DNA of 64,000 nt, from IMG/VR virus record IMGVR_UViG_3300033149_002562. One strand, 5' to 3'. The DNA comes from an uncultured virus (IMG/VR IMGVR_UViG_3300033149_002562) (taxonomy: Duplodnaviria; Heunggongvirae; Uroviricota; Caudoviricetes). Both the position numbers and the translations under genes were made by a program. Below are positions 26,907 to 36,760 of the stretch, piece by piece. Position 1 is the stretch's first letter. Every line of letters begins with the position of its first letter. Under the pieces are notes generated by a model, which had not been told where the DNA came from, ran no database searches, and saw only the letters and a program-made list of their open reading frames with translations.

Positions 26907-27893
26907 CTATTCTCCCAGTCTCGCGAGTATCCGCTTAAGCTGTCCTCGCAAACTCCACGCCTTGCGGTACGCCATGTCGGCGGACGCTACGATTCTCGCG
27001 GAGTCTTTGAGCCTCGCGCGAATTGCATCTACGTCCCGCCAGTCGTCCACAAGTATTGTCGTTTCGTCGGTTGGCGGCCAGTCCCAATCGTCGCACGTTC
27101 CTCGCTTCTGCACCACCGGCACGCCCATCATTACCGACTCCAAGAATCGTGAGCACTTCCAAGTATCGCCGGGCAGATTCAACACGGCCTTGCAGCCGGA
27201 TAGCCAAGCCAAATAGTCGGCCGATGACAGCTTGGGCCGTCCGCCACCAGCCCACAATACGGAGTAGGATTCGTGACAGAGCGACTTGCGCACGTTGTGG
27301 AGGTGCTCCGCACACCCGATGAATCCTATCTCCCGCGATTTTGACGCTACGCCGTAGGCTGCCCGAATCGCGGCCAGGTCGTCTCGCAAGAAGGCATCGA
27401 GCATCCCGTCATCGTGTATCGTTTCGGTCGTAGTCTCGAATGGTCGCCATGGGACCGACATTACCTTGTCGCGGACAACCCTTGCCACCTTGGTTCTAGG
27501 CCGCTGTCGGCGATTGGCCTGTACGGTGAAGCACTCACGAGACCAGACGTAAGCCACCAGAACGGCGACCCGCTTGCACAGAGCAGCGTCACGCGAGCAG
27601 TCGAATGCCTCCTTGAACGCTACGACACGCCGAGCGGTCGGCTCATAGGTTTGGAGTACGCGGTCGGAGGCCAGGTACACGTCGTCGCGTTTGATCCCGC
27701 GAGCGGGCGGCAACTCGCGGATGATCGCTTGCAATTGCGGGTGCCTTGGAAAGTGCCGCTGCCTCGCCTTGTCGAGTGCAACATCGTAGCCCATCTGTCT
27801 TGCGATTAAGGCGAGGTACAGCAGTCGTCGCCCCTTGCGGTTTCGCTTTCGGCCACCGCTTAGAACCGCCGGATTGACAATGATCCTGGTCAT
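26907..27893 (-). CDS. glycosyltransferase-like protein
   Basis: LNLPGDTWKCSRFLESVMMGVPVV; paralogous to the N-half of 30513..32513. Confidence 0.6.
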   Translation of the reverse strand: MTRIIVNPAVLSGGRKRNRKGRRLLYLALIARQMGYDVALDKARQRHFPRHPQLQAIIRELPPARGIKRDDVYLASDRVLQTYEPTARRVVAFKEAFDCSRDAALCKRVAVLVAYVWSRECFTVQANRRQRPRTKVARVVRDKVMSVPWRPFETTTETIHDDGMLDAFLRDDLAAIRAAYGVASKSREIGFIGCAEHLHNVRKSLCHESYSVLWAGGGRPKLSSADYLAWLSGCKAVLNLPGDTWKCSRFLESVMMGVPVVQKRGTCDDWDWPPTDETTILVDDWRDVDAIRARLKDSARIVASADMAYRKAWSLRGQLKRILARLGE

Positions 27894-28591
27894 AGCTCCT
27901 CCCAGCCTCGGCCTTGTCGGTGCGACTCACGCCCGCTATACCATCGTTCAATTACGTCGGACTCTACTGACAGCACCCTGTCTCGTAGAGTGTTCGGCCA
28001 CTTCGGCTGCGGCCATTTCGTTCGATTCGCTCCGCTAGCCTCGCGCATGGCCGCTATGACGTGCTTCGGATCGTATCCGAGACGTTCTGCGAGTATCGCG
28101 GTCAAATCGACGGTAAGCGTTTCGGTGCGCCCCACGTAGTCGAGTCCCTGCCACCCGTATGGTCCGATGTACCACTCGCATACTCGCGTATAGTACGCGG
28201 GGTGATTGTCCAGCACCTTCGCAACCCAGCGGTCGAAACGATGATCTTCGCAGTCGCGCAATATGCCCCACGGGTGCCACCAGCCGTCGCCCCATGCCTT
28301 CCATGCGGACCGTCGTTTGCGGCTCGCCCAAGCCATGTTGTATCGCCACAACGAGGCGTACCAAGTGAGCGGGTGACGGACGAACGAGAACGAGAAGTCG
28401 TAGCGATTCGTCAACGCGGACGGTAACGGGTGACGAGCCTCCATCTTATCGGCGCTCGCCGGGTAGCTCACCTCGCCAGCCCCGGTCAGCCTGCGCACGA
28501 CTTGTTCGATGAACTGCCCGCCAGTCTTGGGGATATGAACGAAAACGGCAGTTCGCAGACCGTCGGTACTAGCGAGTTGGCAGGCCATCAT
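27890..28591 (-). CDS. sulfotransferase family 2-like protein
   Basis: FVHIPKTGG PAPS loop, FVRHPLTWYASLW, VGRTE. Confidence 0.8.
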   Translation of the reverse strand: MMACQLASTDGLRTAVFVHIPKTGGQFIEQVVRRLTGAGEVSYPASADKMEARHPLPSALTNRYDFSFSFVRHPLTWYASLWRYNMAWASRKRRSAWKAWGDGWWHPWGILRDCEDHRFDRWVAKVLDNHPAYYTRVCEWYIGPYGWQGLDYVGRTETLTVDLTAILAERLGYDPKHVIAAMREASGANRTKWPQPKWPNTLRDRVLSVESDVIERWYSGRESHRQGRGWEEL

Positions 28592-29199
28592 CCCTTCTTG
28601 GGCAACAGCGCCCATGCGTGTGAGTTGTGCTCCAATTGCCTACCGAGCAGCCGATTCGCGTCGGTAGCGGCTGCTCGTGGCCCCTCAATCTTCCAGTCGT
28701 CCCCGACGATGACTGTCTTCGGAAACAGGCGGTCTGCGGCCAACACTTCCGCGAGCACGGCAACGTGATCGTGGCAGGCGTCTACATAGATCAAGTCCGG
28801 CGTGACCCGCTTAGCGTAACAGTAGCCGAGTCCGGCGACCGTATCGAGCTGGAGGTATCGGATGCGATTGCGATACTCCCAGCAGTGATTCAAGAAGCCG
28901 TTTAGCAGGTCGTGCGTCATGTGAGGCGCCGCCGCCCGCGTATATTTGTCGCCGAGCCAGTGGTCTATTGCTATCACGCCGTTACCATCGTGTATATCGA
29001 GCATGAATCGTGTGGACCGGCCGAGCCACGACCCTAGCTCGATGACGCATGCACCGGGGCACGGTACAAGGTGGCGTTGTAGCATCCGGCGTGTGCCTTG
29101 TGATAGCCAGCCATGCGGCGACGTGTATTCGGTCTGGGGCTTGTTCGGCGGCCATTTGAGGTCCGCGATCGCGCCCATCATAGCAACGCCTCGAATCAT
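28588..29199 (-). CDS. class I SAM methyltransferase (Methyltransf_24-like)
   Basis: VIELGSWLGRST, IDHW, DLIYVDACH, GDDW. Confidence 0.85.
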   Translation of the reverse strand: MIRGVAMMGAIADLKWPPNKPQTEYTSPHGWLSQGTRRMLQRHLVPCPGACVIELGSWLGRSTRFMLDIHDGNGVIAIDHWLGDKYTRAAAPHMTHDLLNGFLNHCWEYRNRIRYLQLDTVAGLGYCYAKRVTPDLIYVDACHDHVAVLAEVLAADRLFPKTVIVGDDWKIEGPRAAATDANRLLGRQLEHNSHAWALLPKKG

Positions 29200-29915
29200 G
29201 GTTTCACCCATTTGTGCAAGAGTGGCGGCTTGTGCATTACTAATTCTAGCCCGGCGTCTTTCGCGGCGCGCCGTATCTCCCTGTCGTATCTCGTTCGGCA
29301 GGCGTCATTGCCTATCCCGTTTGCGGCAATCAGAACGTGACCGCCGCGGTTCAGTGAGTTCGCCATCACGTCGAAGGCGTCTCGCCATCCCTGTAAAAGT
29401 GATTCAGTCCACCGCCAGCTCTGTCGTGCGGCGTCGTGATGCTCGTGGTGCGGCTCGCCGTCGAGGTGGTTCGCCCAACACTGCGCCCACGACCCCTGAA
29501 AGTTCCACAACTCGGCGTCACGAAATCGAACACGCTGAAAAAACGACTGAAAGCCTTGATAATCGACCGGTAGCTCTTGCCGCCAGTGCATCAATCGAGA
29601 CAACTCCCAATACGCACTGCCCATTCCGCCCTCGCCGGACGGCGATTCGACGCCGAGGATTCGCCAACCGAACTGACGGCACCATTCAAGAAATTCACCT
29701 GGCCCTAGTCCTACATCCACAACGACCGGGCATGATGACGCAGGCGCACCCTCGATCAGTTCTGGGCAGTAGTCTCGGATGTAGCGAAGCTTGTCGTGCA
29801 GCCTTCGGCGACGGTCGTACTTCTTTTTGAGGTACGGATCGTGAAGTAGCGTATCGTAGGCGCGTTGCCACTGAACGTCTGGCTCGCGGTGCAAATATGG
29901 GTATGGATGCGTCAT
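29196..29915 (-). CDS. SAM methyltransferase-like protein
   Basis: VVDVGLGPGEF, LNRGGHVLI. Confidence 0.6.
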   Translation of the reverse strand: MTHPYPYLHREPDVQWQRAYDTLLHDPYLKKKYDRRRRLHDKLRYIRDYCPELIEGAPASSCPVVVDVGLGPGEFLEWCRQFGWRILGVESPSGEGGMGSAYWELSRLMHWRQELPVDYQGFQSFFQRVRFRDAELWNFQGSWAQCWANHLDGEPHHEHHDAARQSWRWTESLLQGWRDAFDVMANSLNRGGHVLIAANGIGNDACRTRYDREIRRAAKDAGLELVMHKPPLLHKWVKP

Positions 29916-30457
29916 GGTTTTGTGCTCTTGAACCACCGGTCGATTTCTGTTTGGCGGGCAGACAGTACCGCCCGCTTGGCGTCGTCATCGTAATACTCAG
30001 TCCACTTTGGCCGCATCGACCGACCTATCCACGGCACCTTAACTCGCGACAAACCGCAGAGGTCGCACGCGATGTCGGCGGCGCGTTGCACGTCCGGGTA
30101 TAGCACAACGTGCCTACAACCATCGAGCCACGTCGTCTGACATAACGGATTGTGCCTTAACCCTTCGGCTCGCCATACTCCGCGACGATTCATGCTGTGA
30201 CGAACGAACGAGCGAAATCGGCGGATGTTCGCGCTTCTGGCGACGTGGCAGAACCACGACACGGCGTGCGTCAACGGGTGACGGGCTATACCCACGATCC
30301 GATCCGGCTCTAATCCATACCGCTTGCGAAGCCGCCGCGCAGTCAAGTGAGCCTGCTGAAGTCCGAGCGCGGCGCACAGCGACCGGCCGCCCGTAGACGG
30401 GATGTGAACGATCCCGACCTTGCCTTTCGGTCCCGTCAAGAGCATCGGATTGCCCAT
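29912..30457 (-). CDS. sulfotransferase-like protein (divergent)
   Basis: IVHIPSTGG, ARHPLTHAVSWF, WTEYYDD. Confidence 0.65.
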   Translation of the reverse strand: MGNPMLLTGPKGKVGIVHIPSTGGRSLCAALGLQQAHLTARRLRKRYGLEPDRIVGIARHPLTHAVSWFCHVARSANIRRFRSFVRHSMNRRGVWRAEGLRHNPLCQTTWLDGCRHVVLYPDVQRAADIACDLCGLSRVKVPWIGRSMRPKWTEYYDDDAKRAVLSARQTEIDRWFKSTKP

Positions 30458-30512
30458 TACGATCCCGTCCGTTTTGTTGTCTTACGCGGCAGCGGGTCGC
30501 TACGCGGTACTG

Positions 30513-32513
30513 TCATATCTCGTTCGGTTTCACGTCGCCCCAATAGAATGGCTTGCATCCCTTCGGCCCATCGGCCAGTAGCCGATTGAACAGCGCGAAG
30601 TAATACGGAGCCCGCTTCTGCCAATCCCAATTGCCTCGCACGGCGGCCAGCCCCTTTACTGCGAGCGTCTCGCGATTCTCCTTCGCATACGCGAGGCCCT
30701 TAGCAAACGATGTCAACTCCGGCTCGCAGATCACACAATTCTCACCTGCCTTTCCCCATTGTTTCACGTCGCCGACGCTGGTTGTCACGGCAATGCAGCC
30801 GCACGCTACTCCCTCGGTAACCGTATTCGCCGTGCCTTCTGTGCTACTCGTACACAGGATGTACGAGCCCGAGTTGTACCACTCGGCCATTCTGTCAAGC
30901 GGTATCTCGTCGCGCCGATGTCGAATTAGCCGAAAGTCGGTCGAGATGCCAAGATCGGCTGCCACCGGGATTAACCGCTCTGCCAGTTGCCAATTCTTTT
31001 CGGCAGCCGCCTTCGTCGTTCCGATCCACAGTGCCCGGTGCGGTCTATCATCCAAGTAGCCGAAAGGCTTGAATTGAGAACACTCGACACCGTTCGAAAT
31101 GCAGCAGACGTTCTTAGCTAATCCGCGGGCGTCATATCGGTCCTTGCTGACTGATATGACCCAATCCGCGAGGCTGCACACCGTCGGCCACCAGTCCTGT
31201 CGCCGTCGTGTGTCCGCCGAGTAGCTAACAACAAAAGTGCCTTTCCAACCTGACTCGGTAATGGCTTGCCGAACGCGAGCTGTTTGGGCGTAGTCAAGCA
31301 GCAGAATTACGTTAAACGGCGCGAGCGTGGTCCAGTTGACATCGCTATACGCGGCTGTGGTGACTAGCACGCCAGGCGGTGCGTGCTTTTTGAGAGCCAT
31401 TGCTCGCCGGTGATACGCCCATCCCGTTCTGTCGTAGACAACGAGCGCGTGATACTTGCGCCGCGGCGGCCTTTTTGCCCGGTGCGGCTTGACAGAGTAC
31501 GGGATGTGTTCGGGGGGGCGGGCATCGAGCGTCGAATCGGCGCGGCGCACGCTAGCCGCTGTCGCCGAGGTGTCGTCGTGCGGCACATCGAACCATTCGA
31601 GCATGTGGACGACCTGAGACCGAAGCGACCACCCCTCTTTGTACGCGGAGTCGGCAGTAGCCCGAATTGCGTCACGCTTCTGCATGAGCCTGTCGAATCT
31701 CGCCGTATCCGACCAGCATCGCAACACGATAGCATTGCTGGGATCGACTGGCACGATCCCCTGTTGGTCGCCCGGGATGCACACGACGGGCTTGCCCATC
31801 ATCGCGGCTTCGGCGAATCGGTACGTTCGCCAATGTTGGCCCGGCAGATCGAGCACGGTTTCGCACGACGCGAGCCAACGGAGATAGTCGCCCGCCGATA
31901 AGGGCTGTTCATCGCCACGGTGAAGCTCGATAGAACACCACGGAGGCAACATCGCGGCTACGCTTTGACGACCGTAGTCCGCAAGCCCGATGAATCCTGC
32001 CAATCTCCGCTCTCCGCTCGCCTCGTAGACCGACCTGATTTCGCGCACGTCGTCGGCCAGGTACGCTTCGAGCAGCCCTTGCTGAAATAGCTCATCTAAT
32101 ACCCGTTCGCTGACGATATGCGGGACGCTGAGCAGGTTGCCACGTCCGATGTGGTGGTGCTTGACGGCAATCACCAGATCGGCGTTGTCAAGTACGCGCT
32201 TCTCATTGTCGGGCGAGTGCGGCCGTTGCAACAACACAATCCGCTTGGCATGTTTTCCGCAATCGACATTGGCACGGCTACGGAGCGTCGAACATAGCAG
32301 CAGGTGTGCCCACGCCTCCTTGCCGTCCCACGTAGGCAAGTCCAATGCTGGGTGGTCTGTCGGGAGTTCGCGGCGAAACCTGTCGGGGTCTACCACGAGC
32401 ACGTCTAGCCCGAGGTCGCGGGCGACAAGCCCGAATAACAACAGCTTCATGCTGTCGCGCGGTCGGGCTCTCCGCCACGCGGATAGGTCAATCAGGAGTC
32501 GTTTATTCTGCAT
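30513..32513 (-). CDS. two-domain glycosyltransferase
   Basis: N-half like 26907..27893; C-half GT4 (TSSTEGTANTVTEGVACG). Confidence 0.8.
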   Translation of the reverse strand: MQNKRLLIDLSAWRRARPRDSMKLLLFGLVARDLGLDVLVVDPDRFRRELPTDHPALDLPTWDGKEAWAHLLLCSTLRSRANVDCGKHAKRIVLLQRPHSPDNEKRVLDNADLVIAVKHHHIGRGNLLSVPHIVSERVLDELFQQGLLEAYLADDVREIRSVYEASGERRLAGFIGLADYGRQSVAAMLPPWCSIELHRGDEQPLSAGDYLRWLASCETVLDLPGQHWRTYRFAEAAMMGKPVVCIPGDQQGIVPVDPSNAIVLRCWSDTARFDRLMQKRDAIRATADSAYKEGWSLRSQVVHMLEWFDVPHDDTSATAASVRRADSTLDARPPEHIPYSVKPHRAKRPPRRKYHALVVYDRTGWAYHRRAMALKKHAPPGVLVTTAAYSDVNWTTLAPFNVILLLDYAQTARVRQAITESGWKGTFVVSYSADTRRRQDWWPTVCSLADWVISVSKDRYDARGLAKNVCCISNGVECSQFKPFGYLDDRPHRALWIGTTKAAAEKNWQLAERLIPVAADLGISTDFRLIRHRRDEIPLDRMAEWYNSGSYILCTSSTEGTANTVTEGVACGCIAVTTSVGDVKQWGKAGENCVICEPELTSFAKGLAYAKENRETLAVKGLAAVRGNWDWQKRAPYYFALFNRLLADGPKGCKPFYWGDVKPNEI

Positions 32514-33189
32514 CGAGCACCTCCGCTACCTTTGCCGCCGCCGCCTTGTTCAATTCGCCGTGGTTCGGCTGTCGATACAGCGCCATTTCGCCTCGCACGC
32601 CATCGAGCCAATCCACGTCGGCCGCCATTATATCGTGTCGAGTCATCAGTAGGCGAGACACGATCCGGTCGGCCTTGCGCAATAGCAGTTCGTCGATCCC
32701 GTGGTGGTTGGCATACCGCCGAAACGCGGCCCACGCCAGCTCGGCGGAGAACGCGCCGCCCCAGCCGACTAGCACCTCGTGCGGGAGCGACCCCTTCCAT
32801 GCATACTGTTTCGCGTGGCCAGCGGGCATCGCCGCGACAATCTGGCTCGGACGATCCCGTTTGACGAATCGGGCGACGATCTCCGGCCAATTTCTCACGC
32901 GGTAGTCGTCGTCCTGAGTAAGCACCTGGTCGTGACGACAACAGAATCGGGCCGCAATCCATCGTCCGGCGGTGAACAGATTGGCCCCAGCGGACCAGAC
33001 CTGAACTCGCCCGCCCGCATCGTCGAGCCTTGGCGGGGCCTCGGCGTTGTTCCACACGTGCACGTCGTCCACGAACGGCTGGCAGAGCAGGTCGTCGATG
33101 ATCCGAGGCAGGTTGCCAGGCCGCCGCCAATTCAGCACGACGGCCGAAAATCGGGGGCAGGATGGCTGGCTAAGGTTGGTATAGGTCAT
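32503..33189 (-). CDS. GT-A fold glycosyltransferase (GT2/GT64-like)
   Basis: AVVLNWRR, VWNN, LTQDDD (DxD) motif. Confidence 0.7.
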   Translation of the reverse strand: MTYTNLSQPSCPRFSAVVLNWRRPGNLPRIIDDLLCQPFVDDVHVWNNAEAPPRLDDAGGRVQVWSAGANLFTAGRWIAARFCCRHDQVLTQDDDYRVRNWPEIVARFVKRDRPSQIVAAMPAGHAKQYAWKGSLPHEVLVGWGGAFSAELAWAAFRRYANHHGIDELLLRKADRIVSRLLMTRHDIMAADVDWLDGVRGEMALYRQPNHGELNKAAAAKVAEVLDAE

Positions 33190-33332
33190 AATCGGCCATT
33201 CTCGCCCCGGAGAGCCCGTTTGGGGTGCGTTGTGCCGCTAGTCGCCCTTATTGAGGCCGTTGCCCCGAAAGTCGCCAGACGGGCCGCCTGGGGCCTCTGA
33301 GCGGCAATTTATCGTACCCCTCGCTAGCCTGG

Positions 33333-34424
33333 CTACCCCAAATCGGCCACATCGTCCACCACCGGCCCCTCGTGTCGAGCCTCCGTCCAGCGGGTCGTGG
33401 GCCTCGGCCGCTTCTCGCCTGGCACGTGGGTGATAGCAGAGTGATAGCCGATATGCCGAGCGAGTGACGGATTGTGCTGCCGCCACCGCAGCCCCTCCTC
33501 ATCGCAGAAGCGGCCAAGATGCGCGTCCGTCATCGTGTAGCTACCTGCCCCCACTTTCGAGCGGAGTAGACGCCGAGCGGACTCGGCGGGGAGAATCACG
33601 GCCAATGCCCCGTTGCAACGGCGAGGCAAGTCGTCCTGAATCTCGAACCACCCCGGCTCCGGTCGCAATCGGGCCATTATGGCGGAGGTATAGAGACTCA
33701 CGACGCCAGTATCGTCCGGCCAGCCTTGCTTTTCGAGCCACTCTCGCGTGCCGCGGGCGAGCGTAATGTCGTCTTGAAACACAGCGTAGGCGTCGGCCCA
33801 CGGGCATCGCTCGATAAGCGTCTCCACGGCGCGGCGAAAATTGCCCCACGGCCCGAGTCGCTTTTCTGCGACAAACACCTTGTGCCCTTTGGGCGTCTCG
33901 GTTTCTGGTTCGGCAAAGAGTAGGGGCTTGGGAAAGCCAGCCGCCGCCAGCGACTTGAGCGTAGTATCGAGCGTCGGCTTCTGTCTTGGCGCGGTCGTCA
34001 GACCATAGGCCCACGCGATTGGACCGCCCCACTTGCCTTTCGGGCATCGCTCGGTCGCCATTTTGATCTTGTTGAAAACAGCGAGCCCGCTCGCTCGCAC
34101 TCCGCAGCCGCACACGCGGCATCGGTCATTCTGGAATGACTCGCATGGGCGGCAGCGATGCTCATACCACTCGGCGACTGTCGTCTTATCTCGCGTCGGC
34201 CAGCCTGCTGTCGCCCATTTCGTCAATGCAACTGCGTATCGTTTCGCTTCAGTAAGCCCAATACTTAAGCGATCAGCGGTTTCTACAAAAGCAGGGTCGT
34301 TGTCAACATAGTAATCGCAGCAACGGACAGGCAGTACATTGGTGCGAAACGTAACTAGTTTATTGCGACACCGATACAAATTACCCCCAAGGTGCTCAAT
34401 ACACGGGGAGTTGTCGGCCGTCAT
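33333..34424 (-). CDS. Cys-rich zinc-finger-like domain fused to a GT-A-like domain
   Basis: CRPC...CRVCGC...KIKMATERCPKGKW then TTAPR, VFQDD, PSLARHIG. Confidence 0.65.
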   Translation of the reverse strand: MTADNSPCIEHLGGNLYRCRNKLVTFRTNVLPVRCCDYYVDNDPAFVETADRLSIGLTEAKRYAVALTKWATAGWPTRDKTTVAEWYEHRCRPCESFQNDRCRVCGCGVRASGLAVFNKIKMATERCPKGKWGGPIAWAYGLTTAPRQKPTLDTTLKSLAAAGFPKPLLFAEPETETPKGHKVFVAEKRLGPWGNFRRAVETLIERCPWADAYAVFQDDITLARGTREWLEKQGWPDDTGVVSLYTSAIMARLRPEPGWFEIQDDLPRRCNGALAVILPAESARRLLRSKVGAGSYTMTDAHLGRFCDEEGLRWRQHNPSLARHIGYHSAITHVPGEKRPRPTTRWTEARHEGPVVDDVADLG

Positions 34425-34939
34425 GTCTGGATTCCCGTCACTACCCAAGTTCCACCAGTACACATCTGAGAAATTCCAATGTCTGTCAACTCCAAGCCGT
34501 CAAGTTTATCCATGCAATCCTGAGGGCCAGTGACATAAAAGGTTCGGCCTCGGCCCATCGCTGGCGATCCGGCCTCAAAAGAACAACGAGGAAGCCCGCC
34601 TGTGATGAAGGCATAGACACTAAACCAGACGCCAGAAGTATCTAGGCCGGCCCGGATCATCGTAAATCCGCACGGCATGGTAAATTCGTCACTGTACGTG
34701 CACGGGTTTGACTCGCATTGCGATAAGATATAAGTTCCGTTGATTTGGTCACAGTCATTGCAACCATCATTAACCATGCCTGAAATTTCCAACTGGATCA
34801 GATCAGGCGTCGTTCCGCTTTGGCATTTTGTCGTGCAAGGTTCAGTCTTCTGACAGCAAGCAGGACAAGGATACGGAGACCATGCAAGCTGCCGCGGCTG
34901 TGGCACCCAAAGGCCGTTTTGGTTGCTGAAGTTTAGCAT
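34421..34939 (-). CDS. Cys-rich putative tail-associated protein
   Basis: CPACC...C...C pattern; lies in the distal tail module. Confidence 0.55.
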   Translation of the reverse strand: MLNFSNQNGLWVPQPRQLAWSPYPCPACCQKTEPCTTKCQSGTTPDLIQLEISGMVNDGCNDCDQINGTYILSQCESNPCTYSDEFTMPCGFTMIRAGLDTSGVWFSVYAFITGGLPRCSFEAGSPAMGRGRTFYVTGPQDCMDKLDGLELTDIGISQMCTGGTWVVTGIQT

Positions 34940-35934
34940 GTTTTCTGTATCGGAATCCAGGTCGTGCTTTGCGGCCCAACACTTGCCCCGTCAAATTGAG
35001 CAAGTACAAATTCGTTGGCGCTGCCTTCCCAGCCCCATTGATTGCCGATAGTCAGATCGGTGGCAGGATCGTGAACCACCATATCTCCACCCCGTGGATC
35101 GACCACTTGAATAGTACCGCCCGCCAACACGATGTCGTCCGTTGAGCCAAAATCACTTTTGGCCTGCCCGATAATGACGCGAGCGTGCGGCGAAGGAGAT
35201 ACAATATACCACGCCTCGTCCCGATGGCTCCCGCCTCCGACGAATGCCCAATCGCTCATATAGCGGGCAATGCCGTATGATCCATGCTCTGCCCACGGCG
35301 TGTCCTTGCCAACGCCCATCCACGAAGAGTTGCCCCGCGGAAGTCGCACCTCGAATGTTACATCTTCGACCGTTCGTATGCCGTCGCCAATATTGGCGTA
35401 GAGATACACCGTATAATCGACTCCGCCCGGTGTGATAGTATCCTTGCACTCAAATTGCCATTCCAAAGGCACATGCTCTAGGACTTCCCAACGTCCTGAT
35501 TGCGTGTTGTAGATGCACCATAGCCTCTGGTGTTGACACCAAGGTATCGGGCCCACTGCTATGTTGTTTGTGTTGCGAAAGCACGCTGGAGCGTATATCG
35601 TCTGCGGATTAAGCGCAGGCGTGTGGTAAATGTAGTTATAAGGCTCATACGCTACTGGCATAGCGTTCTCGCACCACGGAACGTCCGGTTCAGAGGAACT
35701 GCCCGCCGTGCGAGTCGGGTCCGGCATTCGGAAGTCCTCGCTTAAGACGAAAAGAACTGGCTTCCCGTCTATCGGAACGTGTACGTTAATGCCCGTTCTC
35801 GCCGCCCGCACGTTGCAGGCACCAGAACCGCGAATCTTGTCAAACAGCCCAATAGCGTCGGATGCCTCGTTCACCCAAGCGGACCGCAGCCTCTGCTTGG
35901 GAGCGTATCGGCGGCTCTTAATCTCGGGGAACAT
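34933..35934 (-). CDS. putative tail protein
   Basis: Position two genes downstream of the tape measure; beta-rich. Confidence 0.55.
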   Translation of the reverse strand: MFPEIKSRRYAPKQRLRSAWVNEASDAIGLFDKIRGSGACNVRAARTGINVHVPIDGKPVLFVLSEDFRMPDPTRTAGSSSEPDVPWCENAMPVAYEPYNYIYHTPALNPQTIYAPACFRNTNNIAVGPIPWCQHQRLWCIYNTQSGRWEVLEHVPLEWQFECKDTITPGGVDYTVYLYANIGDGIRTVEDVTFEVRLPRGNSSWMGVGKDTPWAEHGSYGIARYMSDWAFVGGGSHRDEAWYIVSPSPHARVIIGQAKSDFGSTDDIVLAGGTIQVVDPRGGDMVVHDPATDLTIGNQWGWEGSANEFVLAQFDGASVGPQSTTWIPIQKTC

Positions 35935-35940
35935 GATGGG

Positions 35941-36759
35941 TTACTGTCCTGGTTGAATGAGTAGATTCAGGGCGCCCATTTCGTAAGGCCGCTTGTTGTT
36001 GCCTTGCTGCTTTAGGCGCTGCCATGTGTCTTGGCCCGCCGCAGCGTCGGCCCGCCAAAAGTGGTTCCACCCCTTCGCCTGCCCGTTCTCCCAAAGCGTC
36101 TTTTCGATGAAGGCATAGGTCATCGAATAGACCAACTCCTCGTCCTGATTGAACGTCGTCTCGGTCGTGTAGCCCGCGAACAGCAGCGTCTCTGGGGCAG
36201 CACCCAAAAACTCCGCGACGTTGACCTGACCGATGTATTGCCGCATTCGCTCGAACGGCGGATCGAGTACGTTCGACCATCGGAGGCTATGCGTTACGGT
36301 CGGCACCACAATCCCCACGTCCACGTCGTGACCGACCGGCTCGTTGTCTGCATCCCAAACCAGGTTGCTACGTGGGATCGACATCATTTCAGCCGACCCC
36401 TCGGTCGTCCACGTAAGCGTCGTGCCTGGCAGCGAAGTGGGCGGCTCGCGTGTGCCCGTCAATACGTCCGCCTCATAAGTCAGCGTGGCCCGGATGCGAC
36501 GATACGTCGTGCCTGTAGCTGGCGGCTCTTCGGGAGGGGCTGGCTTAATGGCAACCTCACGCAGCGACATCCAGTTGTAAGCGGGATGCTGCGCGCGGCG
36601 ACGGACCTCATAACCGACGTTCTCGACGTAGGATGGATTGAACAGTTCAGTCAAAAACTCGGCCTCGTCCGCTCCCGCCAATTCGACTTCGCGTGTGGCG
36701 GTCGCCCCTTCGACGCCGATGGTCAAGGTCCGCGATATTTCTTTGATCGTCACGCTCAT
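35941..36759 (-). CDS. putative tail/baseplate protein
   Basis: Immediately downstream of the tape measure. Confidence 0.55.
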   Translation of the reverse strand: MSVTIKEISRTLTIGVEGATATREVELAGADEAEFLTELFNPSYVENVGYEVRRRAQHPAYNWMSLREVAIKPAPPEEPPATGTTYRRIRATLTYEADVLTGTREPPTSLPGTTLTWTTEGSAEMMSIPRSNLVWDADNEPVGHDVDVGIVVPTVTHSLRWSNVLDPPFERMRQYIGQVNVAEFLGAAPETLLFAGYTTETTFNQDEELVYSMTYAFIEKTLWENGQAKGWNHFWRADAAAGQDTWQRLKQQGNNKRPYEMGALNLLIQPGQ

Positions 36760-36760
36760 G

